Shown here: positions 1 through 9,730 of the stretch, piece after piece
How the letters are laid out: the number at the start of each line of letters is the position of its first letter
How positions within the stretch are numbered: position 1 is the first letter of the stretch
Assembly: GCA_964483405.1 (NCBI GenBank)
Contig: CAZABC010000003.1
Coordinates: forward strand, 19,980 to 83,979
Source: an uncultured Anaerolineaceae bacterium
Lineage (GTDB): Bacteria > Chloroflexota > Limnocylindria > Limnocylindrales > CSP1-4
Length of the DNA stretch: 64,000 nucleotides
Reading direction: 5' to 3'
Program-made: the position numbers and the translations under genes
Notes under the pieces: generated by a model
What the model was told of the DNA's origin: nothing
Seen by the model: the letters and a program-made list of their open reading frames with translations, nothing else
The model's database searches: none

Positions 1-1235
1 ATCACCTCGGCGCTCACGGTGTACGGATCGTTCCCGCCGCGCCGGTCGACCGAACCGAGGAAGGCGGCCGGGCCGACGAGGTGGACCGCGACGTCCTGGT
101 CGATCGTCGTCGGGGAGTCGGGCGAGAGGACCTGGGCGCCACGGTACTTCGCCGGCTCGACGCGGAAGGCGATCGACCGTCGCCCGCCCTCGCCCGGTGC
201 GTCGAACGAGCCGGCGAGGAGTGGCTCGTTGGCCGCCCGGTCGACCTCGGTGACGTCGGTCGTCGTCCAGCCGGGATCGACGTACTGGTCGTACGTCGAC
301 GCACGCCAGTAGAAGACCTCGTCCTCGCCGGTCGGCAGGGCGATCACCGCCGCCGTCGACGGGTCGCTCGTCCAGGTGACGCCGATGTCGACGGAGTCGC
401 CGAAGTCGACGCCGGCCGGCCCGCGGGCGTTGCTGAGGAACGGGAACCAGCGCTGGAGGACGCGACCGCTGTCGACGAGCCAGCCCTCGGCGCCGGTCCA
501 CGCTTCGCGCAGCGGGTCGGACCTTGCCGTCGCCGTCAGGGCGAGCGAGCCGACGATCGCCACCGTCACGAAGATCGTCCCGGCCCGCAGGATGACCGAG
601 GTGAGCGGTGCGGGGTCGCCGATCCGGCGGCGGAGCCACTCGGCGCGCTCGTCGACGGCATGGAGCCGGACGAGGAGGAAGAGGGCCAGGGCCGAGAACG
701 CGACGACATAGAGGTACTGGTCGCGGATGGTGAGGATGACGTTGACGAGGAGGAGCGTCCCGAGCGAGGCGACCGCCGGCATCGCCCGTCCGTGGCCGAA
801 GACCGCGTAGGCGGCGAACTGGGCCGTCCCCCACATGAGGAGGGCGAGCGCGAGGAGGAAGTGGCCGAACTCGCTCGTGGAACCCTGGCCCCGGACGACG
901 AGGTCGACGAAGGCCCGGTAGGCGGCCTCGGCCGTCGCCCGGTAGACGGCGAGGTAGTCGTCGACGCCGGGGAGGATGACCGACCCGACGAGGAGCGGGA
1001 CGAGGACCGCCGCGACGACCGCGCCGCCGAGCGCGGCCCGGAACCGACCGAGGCCGAGGATGCCGCCGGTGCCGCCGGCGAGGACGCCGCCCAGCCCGGC
1101 CCACGGCAGGAAGTCGGTGAGCGACTCGGGGCCCGGGACCCAGCGCGCATCGTCGACGGCCCAGCCGACGATCATCGCCATCAGCGCGAGGACGACGAGC
1201 GAGAGCCACCCGGCGGGCGGCGACAGGCGACTCAT
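1..1235 (-). CDS. TgpA-like membrane protein (transglutaminase-like family), partial; C-terminus lies beyond the window start
   Basis: My own translation of the minus strand from ATG at 1235: MSRLSPPAGWLSLVVLALMAMIVGWAVDD... Several hydrophobic TM helices are followed by a large soluble domain. The start overlaps the DUF58 stop in an ATGA motif. Position after moxR–DUF58 matches the MoxR/DUF58/TgpA triad. It is absent from the ORF track only because no stop falls inside the window. Confidence 0.5.
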   Translation of the reverse strand, partial: MSRLSPPAGWLSLVVLALMAMIVGWAVDDARWVPGPESLTDFLPWAGLGGVLAGGTGGILGLGRFRAALGGAVVAAVLVPLLVGSVILPGVDDYLAVYRATAEAAYRAFVDLVVRGQGSTSEFGHFLLALALLMWGTAQFAAYAVFGHGRAMPAVASLGTLLLVNVILTIRDQYLYVVAFSALALFLLVRLHAVDERAEWLRRRIGDPAPLTSVILRAGTIFVTVAIVGSLALTATARSDPLREAWTGAEGWLVDSGRVLQRWFPFLSNARGPAGVDFGDSVDIGVTWTSDPSTAAVIALPTGEDEVFYWRASTYDQYVDPGWTTTDVTEVDRAANEPLLAGSFDAPGEGGRRSIAFRVEPAKYRGAQVLSPDSPTTIDQDVAVHLVGPAAFLGSVDRRGGNDPYTVSAEV

Positions 1236-2488
1236 CCGACGAGGGCCTCGGCGAGCGGCCTCGCGGGGCCGACGACCCGGGTCCGGATCTCGAACTCGGC
1301 GAGCGTGTAGCGGAGCGCCCGGAGCCGCTGCGCAGCCTCGTCGTGGGCGGCGTCGATGCGCTCGACCTCCTCGGGTCGGAGCGCCCGACCGGCGGTCTCG
1401 GCGTGGCGGGCGAAGGCCGGCGCGTCGAGGAGGACGACGACGCAGCCGATCCCCCGGGGGCGCAGCGTCGCCAGGGGCCGGACCCAGTCGCGCTCGAGCG
1501 AGGCGGTCACGATGACGGCCGTCATGCCGCGCCGGACGCGCGGTAACCCGGTGACGAGGACCTCGGCGAGGGGGGCCGTGCCGTCGGCGTCGACGGCGGC
1601 GAGCAGCTGCATGACCTTGAGGCGCTGGCGGGACCCGCGGTCGGCCGGCAGCGTCGTCGTGCGGTGGGCGTTGATCGTCAGGCCCACCGCCCGGTTCTCC
1701 TCGACCGCCCGGTCGGCGATCGAGGCGGCCGCGCGGATCCCCGCCTCGGTCGTCGACTCGTCGCCGCGCCCGGCCTGGATCGCCCGCTGGAGGTCGACGA
1801 AGATCCAGGCGTCGGCCGTCTGCTCGAGGTCGAACTCCTTGACCTGGATGTCGCCGTGACGGGCGGTGGAGCGCCAGTGGATCCGGTTCATCCCGTCGCC
1901 GGGCGCCCACGGCCGGACCGTCGTCGCGAGCGGCGTCGCCTGGAGGGTCCGCTCCGGGTGGGCGTGGCTGCCCTCGAGGTCGGCCGCCGGGAGCCGCCAG
2001 TGCGGGATCCGCTCGACGCGGGGATAGACGACGACCGTCACGCCCTGGCCGACCGTCGCCGACGACTCGAAGAGCCCGAACGGGTCGCCCGTCCGGATCT
2101 GGAGCGGCTCGATCCGGTAGTGACCGCGCCGGGTCAGGGGGGCCCGGACGAGCCACGACCGCTCCCGCCGCGAGCCGAGCGGGATCGCCCGGCCGGGCAG
2201 GCCGCCGGGCAGGGAGGTCGGGTTGTGGATCTCGAGCGACGGCTTCGGCAGCATCCCCGCGTTGCGGACCGTGTAGGTCACCTTCAGCTGCTCGCCGACG
2301 TGGCCGTGGAGCTGGTTGACCGCGTAGCCGGCCTCGAGGTCGCTCAGCCCCAGCCGGGTGAGGACGTAGGCGCCGCCGACGACGAGGATCGCGAGATAGA
2401 GCAGGTAGAACAGGAACGGGAGCCCCGTCGAGAAGGCGGCGGTGACGAGCGCGCCGAAGAGGATGACGAGGGGGATCCGGCGCAGCAT
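1232..2488 (-). CDS. DUF58 domain protein (MoxR-associated, vWA-like)
   Basis: 418 aa track ORF with an N-terminal TM pair and a central DUF58-like region; it lies immediately downstream of MoxR. Confidence 0.8.
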   Translation of the reverse strand: MLRRIPLVILFGALVTAAFSTGLPFLFYLLYLAILVVGGAYVLTRLGLSDLEAGYAVNQLHGHVGEQLKVTYTVRNAGMLPKPSLEIHNPTSLPGGLPGRAIPLGSRRERSWLVRAPLTRRGHYRIEPLQIRTGDPFGLFESSATVGQGVTVVVYPRVERIPHWRLPAADLEGSHAHPERTLQATPLATTVRPWAPGDGMNRIHWRSTARHGDIQVKEFDLEQTADAWIFVDLQRAIQAGRGDESTTEAGIRAAASIADRAVEENRAVGLTINAHRTTTLPADRGSRQRLKVMQLLAAVDADGTAPLAEVLVTGLPRVRRGMTAVIVTASLERDWVRPLATLRPRGIGCVVVLLDAPAFARHAETAGRALRPEEVERIDAAHDEAAQRLRALRYTLAEFEIRTRVVGPARPLAEALVG

Positions 2489-2513
2489 CGGGCCGCCTCC
2501 GCCCAGCCGCCCG

Positions 2514-3509
2514 TCAGGCGCCGCTGGCGCCCGATGCCGCCCTGAGGTCGCGCGGGCCGCCGACGGCCGCCTTCGGCGACTCGACCGGGACCGACGCGAG
2601 GAGCTCGCGAACGACCGACCCGGGGGTCACGTCGTGGATCGTCGAGCCGGTCTTGATGATCAGCCGGTGGGCGAGGGCGGGCTCCGCGAGGGTCTTGATG
2701 TCGTCGGGGATCACGTAGTCCCGGCCGAGGAGCGCGGCGAGCGCCTGGCCCGCCCGGTAGAGGGTGATCGAGCCGCGCGGCGATGCGCCGAGGTACACGT
2801 CGGGGTGCGTCCGCGAGGCGTTGACGAGGCGGACGATGTAGTCGCTGACGGCCGAGTCGACGTACACCTCGCGAACGGCCGACTGGAGCTCGCGCAGCTC
2901 CTCGGCCCCGCAGACCTCGGACAGCTCCTCGAGCGGGTGGACCCGCTTCTGCTCGTCGAGGATGACGATCTCCTCGAGCGGCTGCGGATAGCCGAGCCGG
3001 ATCCGGAGGAAGAACCGGTCGAGCTGGGCTTCGGGCAGGGCGAAGGTGCCCTCGTACTCGATCGGGTTCTGGGTCGCGATCACCAGGAACGGGTCGGGCA
3101 TCCTGTGGGTGACGCCGTCGATCGTCGCCTGGCGCTCCTCCATGCACTCGAGGAGGGCCGACTGGGTCTTCGGGGTCGCCCGGTTGATCTCGTCGGCAAG
3201 GACGACCTGGGCCATGATCGGACCGGGGCGGAACTCGAACTCCTGCGTCTTCTGGTTGTAGATCGAGAGCCCCGTCACGTCCGACGGCAGCAGGTCGGGG
3301 GTGAACTGGATCCGCCGGAACGAGCAGCCGAGGCTCCGGGCGATGGCCTTGGCGAGCATCGTCTTGCCGGTGCCCGGCACGTCCTCGATCAGGAGGTGGC
3401 CGCGGCACAGCAGGGCGACGAGCGCGATGCGCACCTCTTCGTGCTTGCCGACGATGACGCGCTCGACGTTGGCGATGACGCGCTCGCCGGCCCCCTGGAT
3501 CTGAGTCAT
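2514..3509 (-). CDS. moxR: MoxR-family AAA+ ATPase
   Basis: Walker A VPGTGKT, Walker B LADEINR and overall MoxR architecture across 331 aa. Confidence 0.9.
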   Translation of the reverse strand: MTQIQGAGERVIANVERVIVGKHEEVRIALVALLCRGHLLIEDVPGTGKTMLAKAIARSLGCSFRRIQFTPDLLPSDVTGLSIYNQKTQEFEFRPGPIMAQVVLADEINRATPKTQSALLECMEERQATIDGVTHRMPDPFLVIATQNPIEYEGTFALPEAQLDRFFLRIRLGYPQPLEEIVILDEQKRVHPLEELSEVCGAEELRELQSAVREVYVDSAVSDYIVRLVNASRTHPDVYLGASPRGSITLYRAGQALAALLGRDYVIPDDIKTLAEPALAHRLIIKTGSTIHDVTPGSVVRELLASVPVESPKAAVGGPRDLRAASGASGA

Positions 3510-3657
3510 CCGATCCCCCAGTGCGACACGCCCCCGGTGGCCGGGGGCGCTTCGGGACGCCGGCCCGGACCGCTCGTCGCCCGCGCCGTCGCCAGATAGT
3601 ACGCCGGGTCACGCGAACCGGTTCGCGAGCCGGTGCTCACGGCTCGCGTCGCGGCCG

Positions 3658-4989
3658 TCACCGGCGGTCGGTGCGCCAGCCGAGGAGGCCGAACTCCGGC
3701 ATCCAGCAGGTGTCGTGCGGTCGGTCGGGCGGCCGCTGGTTGACGAGCCCCGCCGTCCCGAACGGGACGAGGAGTCGGGCATCCGACCCGTCCGGCCGGA
3801 GCGACACGACGCCGTCGCCGAGGCTCGTGCCGGCCGGGGTCGGAGCGGTGATCGCGAGCAGCCGGGTGCCGTCCGGCGACCAGGTGACGATCCAGCTCCG
3901 CTCGCGGATCATCCGCGCGCCGCTCCCGTCGGCCGCCATCACCCACAGGTCGTCGCGGCAACCGTGCTCGGACTCGCCGTGGAAGGCGATGTACCGGCCA
4001 TCGGGCGACACCACCGGGTACCAGCCGGCCTGCGACGGCGGTGTCAGCCGGGTGAGCTCGGTCCCGTCGACGTTGACGGTCCAGATGGCGCCGACCTTCT
4101 GCGAGATGGCGTACGTGTCGAACGCGACCCGGTCGGACCCCGGGAACCAGCTCACGCCGCCGATCGCGTGCGGCAGCGAGGTCGCGACCGCCTTCACGCC
4201 AGCCGGAGAGCCGGTCCCGACCCGGAGCATGTCGGTCCCGTCCAGGCGGACGACGTAGATCCCCTGGTCTTCCAGGCCGTAGCCGGGCGACCCGGAGAAG
4301 GCGAGCCAGCGGCCGTCGGGCGACCACGAAGGGCCGTAGGCGGGCATGCCGAGTTCGAGGGGCTCCATCGTCCCGGCGTCGAGGTCGGCGATCAGGATCC
4401 GCGGCAGGCCGCGCTCCGACGCGACGAGCGCGATCCGGCGGTCGTCCGGCGCCCAGGTCAGGGTCCCGTCGAGGAGCAGCTCCGGCGACGGCACCGGGAT
4501 CGAGCCGGTCTCCCGCCCGGCGGCGTCGTAGAGGACGAGACCGGACGTCGGGTCGGCGACGGCGAGGCGGTCGAAGGCGCTCGACCAGAAGCCCTCCACG
4601 GCCGGCTCGTCGCCGAGCGGCAGCGACTGCTCGCCGGTGACCGGGTCGATGAGCCGGAGCCGGCCGTCGGGGGCGAGCCACGAGACGAGGCCGTTGCTCG
4701 GCAGCTCGTCGCGGAGCGCCGCGGCGACGAGGGCCAGCCCGAGGAGGGCGAGCGAGAGGAGCGCCGCGGTCGCAAGGAGCGTCCCGTACCGCTGGGCGCC
4801 GGGCGACAGGATCCCGCCGATCGGGAGGTCGACCGCCGGCAGGAGCCGGCCGAGGAGGCTCGGGCGTCGCTGCGGGGTCGCCCGGACCGCCGTCGCGATG
4901 TCCTCGAAGAGCCCGGCCGGCGCGGCCAGGTCCGCGGGGACGAGGGCTCGGCGGATCGCCGAGTCCGTGATCTGCCGCTCGTCGCTCAT
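3658..4989 (-). CDS. Membrane-anchored PD40/TolB-like β-propeller protein; putative anti-sigma factor
   Basis: Short N-terminal cytoplasmic segment, one TM helix (LLATAALLSLALLGLALVAAAL), then repeated SPDG-type PD40 motifs (WSPDGRWLAF, VSPDGRYIAF, WSPDGTRLL). Its start overlaps the sigma-factor stop in ATGA. Confidence 0.6.
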   Translation of the reverse strand: MSDERQITDSAIRRALVPADLAAPAGLFEDIATAVRATPQRRPSLLGRLLPAVDLPIGGILSPGAQRYGTLLATAALLSLALLGLALVAAALRDELPSNGLVSWLAPDGRLRLIDPVTGEQSLPLGDEPAVEGFWSSAFDRLAVADPTSGLVLYDAAGRETGSIPVPSPELLLDGTLTWAPDDRRIALVASERGLPRILIADLDAGTMEPLELGMPAYGPSWSPDGRWLAFSGSPGYGLEDQGIYVVRLDGTDMLRVGTGSPAGVKAVATSLPHAIGGVSWFPGSDRVAFDTYAISQKVGAIWTVNVDGTELTRLTPPSQAGWYPVVSPDGRYIAFHGESEHGCRDDLWVMAADGSGARMIRERSWIVTWSPDGTRLLAITAPTPAGTSLGDGVVSLRPDGSDARLLVPFGTAGLVNQRPPDRPHDTCWMPEFGLLGWRTDRR

Positions 4990-5585
4990 CGCCGCTCCTC
5001 CGCGAGGGCTCGCTCGAGCCGGGACCGGGCGTCATGGAGGCGCCACTTCGCCGTCCCGACCGGGATGCCGAGGGTGGCCGCGATCTCGGCGACCGGCAAC
5101 TCGGCGACGTGATGGAGGACGAGGATCGACCGCGCGTCCTCCTTGAGGCGGGCGAAGGCCCGCCGGATGGCGTCGGCCTCCGGGATCCGCTCGCCCGGCG
5201 AGTCGCCGCCCGGCGCCGCCAGCATCGCCATCGTGTCGAGCTCGCCGTCCTCGACCGGGGTCGGCCGGATCTCGCGCACCTCGGTCACCTTGCGGCGCCG
5301 CATCGCCGTCCGGCAACCGTTGACGAGGATCCGGCCGAACCAGGCGTCGAACCGCTCGGGATCGCGGAGCCGCGGCAGCTCGCGCCAGGCATGGAGGAAG
5401 GCGTCCTGGACGACGTCGCGGGCGTCGGCCTGCGGGCCGAGGATCGTCGAGGCGAGGCGGTACGCGGCATCGATCCGGTCGCGGACGAGCAGGTCGAAGG
5501 CGTCCGCGTCGCCGGCCCGGGCGCGCTCGACGAGCGACCGCTCGGCCGTGGCGGCGCGGGCCGTGGCGCCGATGCCACCGATCAT
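4986..5585 (-). CDS. ECF (sigma-70 family) RNA polymerase sigma factor
   Basis: Region-2 and region-4 motifs (DVVQDAFLHAWR...; LPVAEIAATLGIPVGTAKWRLHDAR). Real start taken as the internal Met (MIGGIGATARA) at 5585. The upstream part of the track ORF is R/P-rich junk. Confidence 0.8.
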   Translation of the reverse strand: MIGGIGATARAATAERSLVERARAGDADAFDLLVRDRIDAAYRLASTILGPQADARDVVQDAFLHAWRELPRLRDPERFDAWFGRILVNGCRTAMRRRKVTEVREIRPTPVEDGELDTMAMLAAPGGDSPGERIPEADAIRRAFARLKEDARSILVLHHVAELPVAEIAATLGIPVGTAKWRLHDARSRLERALAEERR

Positions 5586-5758
5586 CGCGTCGCGCTCCGC
5601 GCGTGGTCGGGCGCCGGGTCCGGAGCGGCGAAGCGGGCGGCGGGTCCGGCAGGGGACGCGGGGATCGCCACCGGGCGGTTTCCGATGCTGATGGAGGTCG
5701 CCATACCGTACCCGACGCGGCAAGCACCCCCGGGGTTGGGTCCGGCTACCATCGATCC

Positions 5759-7963
5759 GTGGATCCGTCACCGAACGCTCGCGCGGCGACCGAGGCGAGC
5801 GCCACCGAGCCTGGCCTCCCCCGCCCGGTCCGGCTCGGCCGCGGGATCTGCGGTGACCTGCTCGGGGCGGCGCGGCGCGAGTGGCTCGTCACGAACGGCA
5901 TCGGCGGCTACGCGATGGGCAGCCTCGCCGGGCTCGCGACGCGGCGCTACCATGGCCCGCTCGTCGCCGCGCTCGTCCCGCCGACCGACCGGACGGTCCT
6001 CGTCGGCGGGCTGCTCGAGTGGGCCGCGATCGACGACGACCGGTTCGCACTGCACGCCGTCGAGCGGGCCGACGGGTCGATCGACGGCCGCGGCTGGGAG
6101 CGCCTCGAGTCCTTCGAGCTCGACGGGTCGATCCCCGCCTGGTGGTACGCCGCCGGCGACGTCCGGGTCGTCCGGCGGCTGTGGATGGCCGATGGTGCGA
6201 ACCTGACCTACGTCCGCTACGCGGTCGAGGGCGCCGACCGCGAGGTCACCCTCGAACTGTCGCCGCTGACGGTCGCCCGGGACCACCACGTCCTGCGCCC
6301 GCGGGTCCGGGTCGAGCCGCGGATCGAGCCGCTGCCCGGCGCCGAAGCGTGGCCGGTCGCCGTCAACGTCGCGCACCGCGACGCGCCGGCCAGCGTGATG
6401 GTCCTGGCCGATGGTGGCGCGTACGACCCGCACGGTGGATGGATCCGCGGCGTCCTCCATCGCGAGGAGGCGGCCCGCGGCCAGGATGCCCGATCGACCC
6501 TCCACCGGAGCGGGACCCTCCGGGCGAGGATCGCCCCGGGATGGCCGCTCACCGTGGCCCTGCTGGCCGTTCCGGTCGCGGCCCCGGGCCGGGCCCCCCA
6601 CCGTCACTCGGGCGGGCCGCGGACCGCCGCCGACGTCGCGCCCGGTGACGTGGCGCTCGCGGCCGAGCGCCGTCGCCGGGCGGCCCTCGTGGCCCGCGGC
6701 CGCGCCGTGGCCGCCGGGGATGGGCGGACGGTGGTCGAGCGAGCGGCCGACCCCTTCCGTGACGCCCTCGTCCTCGCCGCGGACGCATTCCTCGTCGACC
6801 GCGCGATCCCGGGCCGGACGCCGGCTGATCCGGCCACGCCGGGCCGGACCGTCATCGCCGGGTACCCGTGGTTCAACGACTGGGGGCGCGACACGATGAT
6901 CGCCCTGGCCGGGCTGACCCTGCCGACGGGGCGGGCCGACGAGGGCGCGACGATCCTCCGCTCGTTCGCCCGCTTCGTCCGCGACGGCCTCGTCCCGAAC
7001 ATGTTCCCCGACCACGCCGCCGACGAGGTCGCCTACCACACGATCGACGCCTCGCTCTGGTACCCGATCGCGGTCGAGCGCCACCGCCTCGCGACCGGCG
7101 ACGAGGCGCTCGTCGACGAGCTCCTGCCGACGGTCCGGGCGATCGTCGGGGCGCACCGGGCCGGGACCCGCTTCGGCATCGGGGTGGACCCTGCCGACGG
7201 GCTCGTCCGGGGCGGCGCCGAGGGCTACCAGCTGACCTGGATGGACGCCCGCCTCGACGACTGGGTGGTGACGCCGCGGCGCGGCAAGCCGGTCGAGATC
7301 CAGGCCCTCTGGGTGAACGCGCTCCGGATCCTCGGCGACTGGCTCGCGGCGCGCGGCGAGGGCACCGCGGCCGACGGCCTGCGGGTCGAGGCCGACCGCG
7401 CGACGGCCGCGTTCCGGTCGCGGTTCTGGCGCCCGGGGCTCGGCCATCTCCTCGACGTCGTCGACGGCCCCGACGGCGACGACGCGTCGCTCCGCCCGAA
7501 CCAGCTCCTCGCGATCGCCCTGCCCCATCCACTCCTCGATCCGGCGGGCGCGGAGGCGCGGGCGGTCCTCGACGCCGCCGGTCGGTCGCTCGTCACGAGC
7601 CTCGGGCTCCGCTCGCTCGGACCGGCCGAGCCCGGCTACCGCGGTCGCCACCGCGGCGATCGGCGGGCTCGCGACGGGGCGTACCACCAGGGCACGGTCT
7701 GGGCCTGGCTCATCGGGCCGTATCTCGACGCCGTCCTCGCCGTGACCGGCGACCGGGCGGCCGTCCGGTCGGCACTCGCGCCGTTCGCCGACCATCTCGC
7801 CGATGCGGGGCTCGGCTCCATCTCCGAGACGTTCGACGGCGATCCGCCGCACGATCCGACCGGCTGCATCGCGCAGGCCTGGAGCGTGGCCGAGCTGCTC
7901 CGGGTCCTCGACCGCCTCGAGCGCCGAGGGCCCGGCAGGGCGGTCAGCCGCGGAAGAGGGTGA
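5759..7963 (+). CDS. Glycogen debranching enzyme (amylo-α-1,6-glucosidase, GDE family)
   Basis: N-terminal motif REWLVTNGIGGYAMGS...TRRYHG and an (α/α)6-barrel C-terminal region (GYPWFNDWGRDTMIAL, HQGTVWAWLIG). Start uncertain. GTG at 5759 is my choice because the track start at 5603 would collide with the divergent sigma gene. Confidence 0.75.
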   Translation: MDPSPNARAATEASATEPGLPRPVRLGRGICGDLLGAARREWLVTNGIGGYAMGSLAGLATRRYHGPLVAALVPPTDRTVLVGGLLEWAAIDDDRFALHAVERADGSIDGRGWERLESFELDGSIPAWWYAAGDVRVVRRLWMADGANLTYVRYAVEGADREVTLELSPLTVARDHHVLRPRVRVEPRIEPLPGAEAWPVAVNVAHRDAPASVMVLADGGAYDPHGGWIRGVLHREEAARGQDARSTLHRSGTLRARIAPGWPLTVALLAVPVAAPGRAPHRHSGGPRTAADVAPGDVALAAERRRRAALVARGRAVAAGDGRTVVERAADPFRDALVLAADAFLVDRAIPGRTPADPATPGRTVIAGYPWFNDWGRDTMIALAGLTLPTGRADEGATILRSFARFVRDGLVPNMFPDHAADEVAYHTIDASLWYPIAVERHRLATGDEALVDELLPTVRAIVGAHRAGTRFGIGVDPADGLVRGGAEGYQLTWMDARLDDWVVTPRRGKPVEIQALWVNALRILGDWLAARGEGTAADGLRVEADRATAAFRSRFWRPGLGHLLDVVDGPDGDDASLRPNQLLAIALPHPLLDPAGAEARAVLDAAGRSLVTSLGLRSLGPAEPGYRGRHRGDRRARDGAYHQGTVWAWLIGPYLDAVLAVTGDRAAVRSALAPFADHLADAGLGSISETFDGDPPHDPTGCIAQAWSVAELLRVLDRLERRGPGRAVSRGRG

Positions 7964-8228
7964 TCCCGGCCACCCAGAGCGTCATCCCGGCGCCGATCGC
8001 CGCCATGACGGCGAGGAACGGCTCGCCGCCGGCGAAGGCGGCGACGGCGACGCCGCCGAAGAGCGCGGCGATGACGAGCCCGATCGCGGCCATCCCGATC
8101 CGCTCGATGATCGGACGCCCCGCGGCCGCATCGCCGTCGGGCTCGATGGCGACCGAGCGCTCGACGCTCGCCGCGGGCCCGTCCGGGTCGCGGTCGTCGG
8201 TCTCGGGGTCAGGTCGCGCGTCGGTCAT
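7944..8228 (-). CDS. Small membrane protein (two TM helices), translationally coupled to pbpA
   Basis: Internal Met (MTDARPDPE...) of track ORF 7944..8366. The hydrophobic C-terminal half is GxxxG-rich. Its ATG overlaps the pbpA stop (ATGA). Confidence 0.45.
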   Translation of the reverse strand: MTDARPDPETDDRDPDGPAASVERSVAIEPDGDAAAGRPIIERIGMAAIGLVIAALFGGVAVAAFAGGEPFLAVMAAIGAGMTLWVAGITLFRG

Positions 8229-9730
8229 CGGCCGAGGGTGGCGAAGTACGACTGGAGCATCTCGCCGGCCAGCGGCGCCGCCCGGGCCCCGCCGCGGCCG
8301 CCCTGCTCGACGAGGACGGCGATCGCGACCTGCGGGTCGTCGGCCGGCGCGAACCCGATGAACCACGAGTGCGGCTCGCCCTCGCCGCCGAGCTCGGCCG
8401 TCCCCGACTTCCCGGCGGTCAGGATCCCCGGCACCTTCGCCCCGGCCGTGAACTCGCGGCCGAGGTCGCCCTCGACCGCGGCGATCATCCCGGCCCGGAT
8501 CGCCCGCGCATCGGCGATCTCGAGGACCCGCCGGATCGTCTCGGGCGCGATCGCCGTCACCCGGCCATCGTCGCTCGTCAGGGCCGTGACGAGACGCGGC
8601 TGCATCAGGACGCCGTCGTTGGCGATCGTCGCCGCCACGAGCGCCATCTGGATCGGCGTCGCGAGCGTCTCGCCCTGCCCGAACGCCGCGCTCGCGAGCT
8701 CGACGTCGTCGGCGAACCCACCGGGGTCGGGGCCGCCGCCGTTCGTCAGCTGGCTCTCCGCCGTCGGCAGGTCGAACGGGATCGGGCCGTAGTAGCCGAA
8801 CCGCCGGGCGGTCGCGTCGAGCGCGTCACCACCGGTCTCGATCCCGGTCAGGGCGTACCAGATGTTGCAGGAGACCTCGGTCGCCTTGACGAGGTCGAGG
8901 GCCCGGTCGCCGGTCGCGGGATGGTGGCCGTCGGTGATCGTGAAGCCCTCGACGACGAGCCCGTCCTCCTCGGCCGGCGGCTGCTCCGGGAACGTCGTCG
9001 CCGGCGTGACCGCCCCGCTCGAGAGGCCGGCCGCGGCCGTGACGATCTTCTGGACGCTGCCCGGCACATACAGCCCCTGGGTCGCCCGCGGCAGGAGCGG
9101 CTTCGCCGGGTCGGCCTGGAGCGCGCCGAACGTCGCCTCCGCCGTCGCCGGGTCGGCGATCCCCGAGGCGTCGTACGTCGGCGTCGAGGCGAGGACGATG
9201 ACCTCGCCCGAGCGCGGGTCGAGCAGGACGACGGCGCCCCGGTCGTTCCCGAGCAGGGCGACCGCCCGCCGCTGGAGCGGCGACGACAGGGCGAGGGTCA
9301 GGTCCTGCGGGTCGGCCGGGTCAGGGTCGAACTTGCGCATCCAGTCGCGCTGCCGGTCGCCCGACCGGAGACCGGTCAGCTCGGCGTCGTAGGCTCGCTC
9401 GAGCCCGGCCGTCCCGTACCGGCTCGAGGCGTAGCCGACGACGTGGCTGACCGTCCGGTCCCGGTAGACCCGGTGGCGCGTGCCGTCGGAGACGACGTCC
9501 CTCGCCAGGACCTCGCCGTCGCGATCGACGATCAGCCCGCGGACCGCGTTCTGGCGGGCGGCGATGAGCGCCGGATCGTCCGGCCGACCGGCCAGCTGCT
9601 CGCTGACGACGACCTGCCAATACCCCGCCCCAGCCGCGAGCGAGCCGAAGGCGATGCTGAGCGCGAGCCCCACCCCGACGAGGGTCCGTCCGATCCCGGC
9701 CCGGCCGCGCGGGGCGGCGAGCCCGCTCAC
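8225..9730 (-). CDS. pbpA: Penicillin-binding protein 2 / peptidoglycan D,D-transpeptidase
   Basis: TM anchor, dimerisation domain, then transpeptidase motifs (SVQK = SxxK, SCN, KSGTA). Start is GTG at 9730, overlapping the rodA stop (GTGA). The upstream 346 aa of the track ORF is R-rich nonsense. Confidence 0.85.
   Translation of the reverse strand: MSGLAAPRGRAGIGRTLVGVGLALSIAFGSLAAGAGYWQVVVSEQLAGRPDDPALIAARQNAVRGLIVDRDGEVLARDVVSDGTRHRVYRDRTVSHVVGYASSRYGTAGLERAYDAELTGLRSGDRQRDWMRKFDPDPADPQDLTLALSSPLQRRAVALLGNDRGAVVLLDPRSGEVIVLASTPTYDASGIADPATAEATFGALQADPAKPLLPRATQGLYVPGSVQKIVTAAAGLSSGAVTPATTFPEQPPAEEDGLVVEGFTITDGHHPATGDRALDLVKATEVSCNIWYALTGIETGGDALDATARRFGYYGPIPFDLPTAESQLTNGGGPDPGGFADDVELASAAFGQGETLATPIQMALVAATIANDGVLMQPRLVTALTSDDGRVTAIAPETIRRVLEIADARAIRAGMIAAVEGDLGREFTAGAKVPGILTAGKSGTAELGGEGEPHSWFIGFAPADDPQVAIAVLVEQGGRGGARAAPLAGEMLQSYFATLGR

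Noticed and set aside
81-1310. 409-aa plus-strand ORF at the left edge
   Set aside because: It has highly charged, low-complexity composition. The opposite strand encodes a convincing multi-TM TgpA-like protein coupled by ATGA to DUF58.
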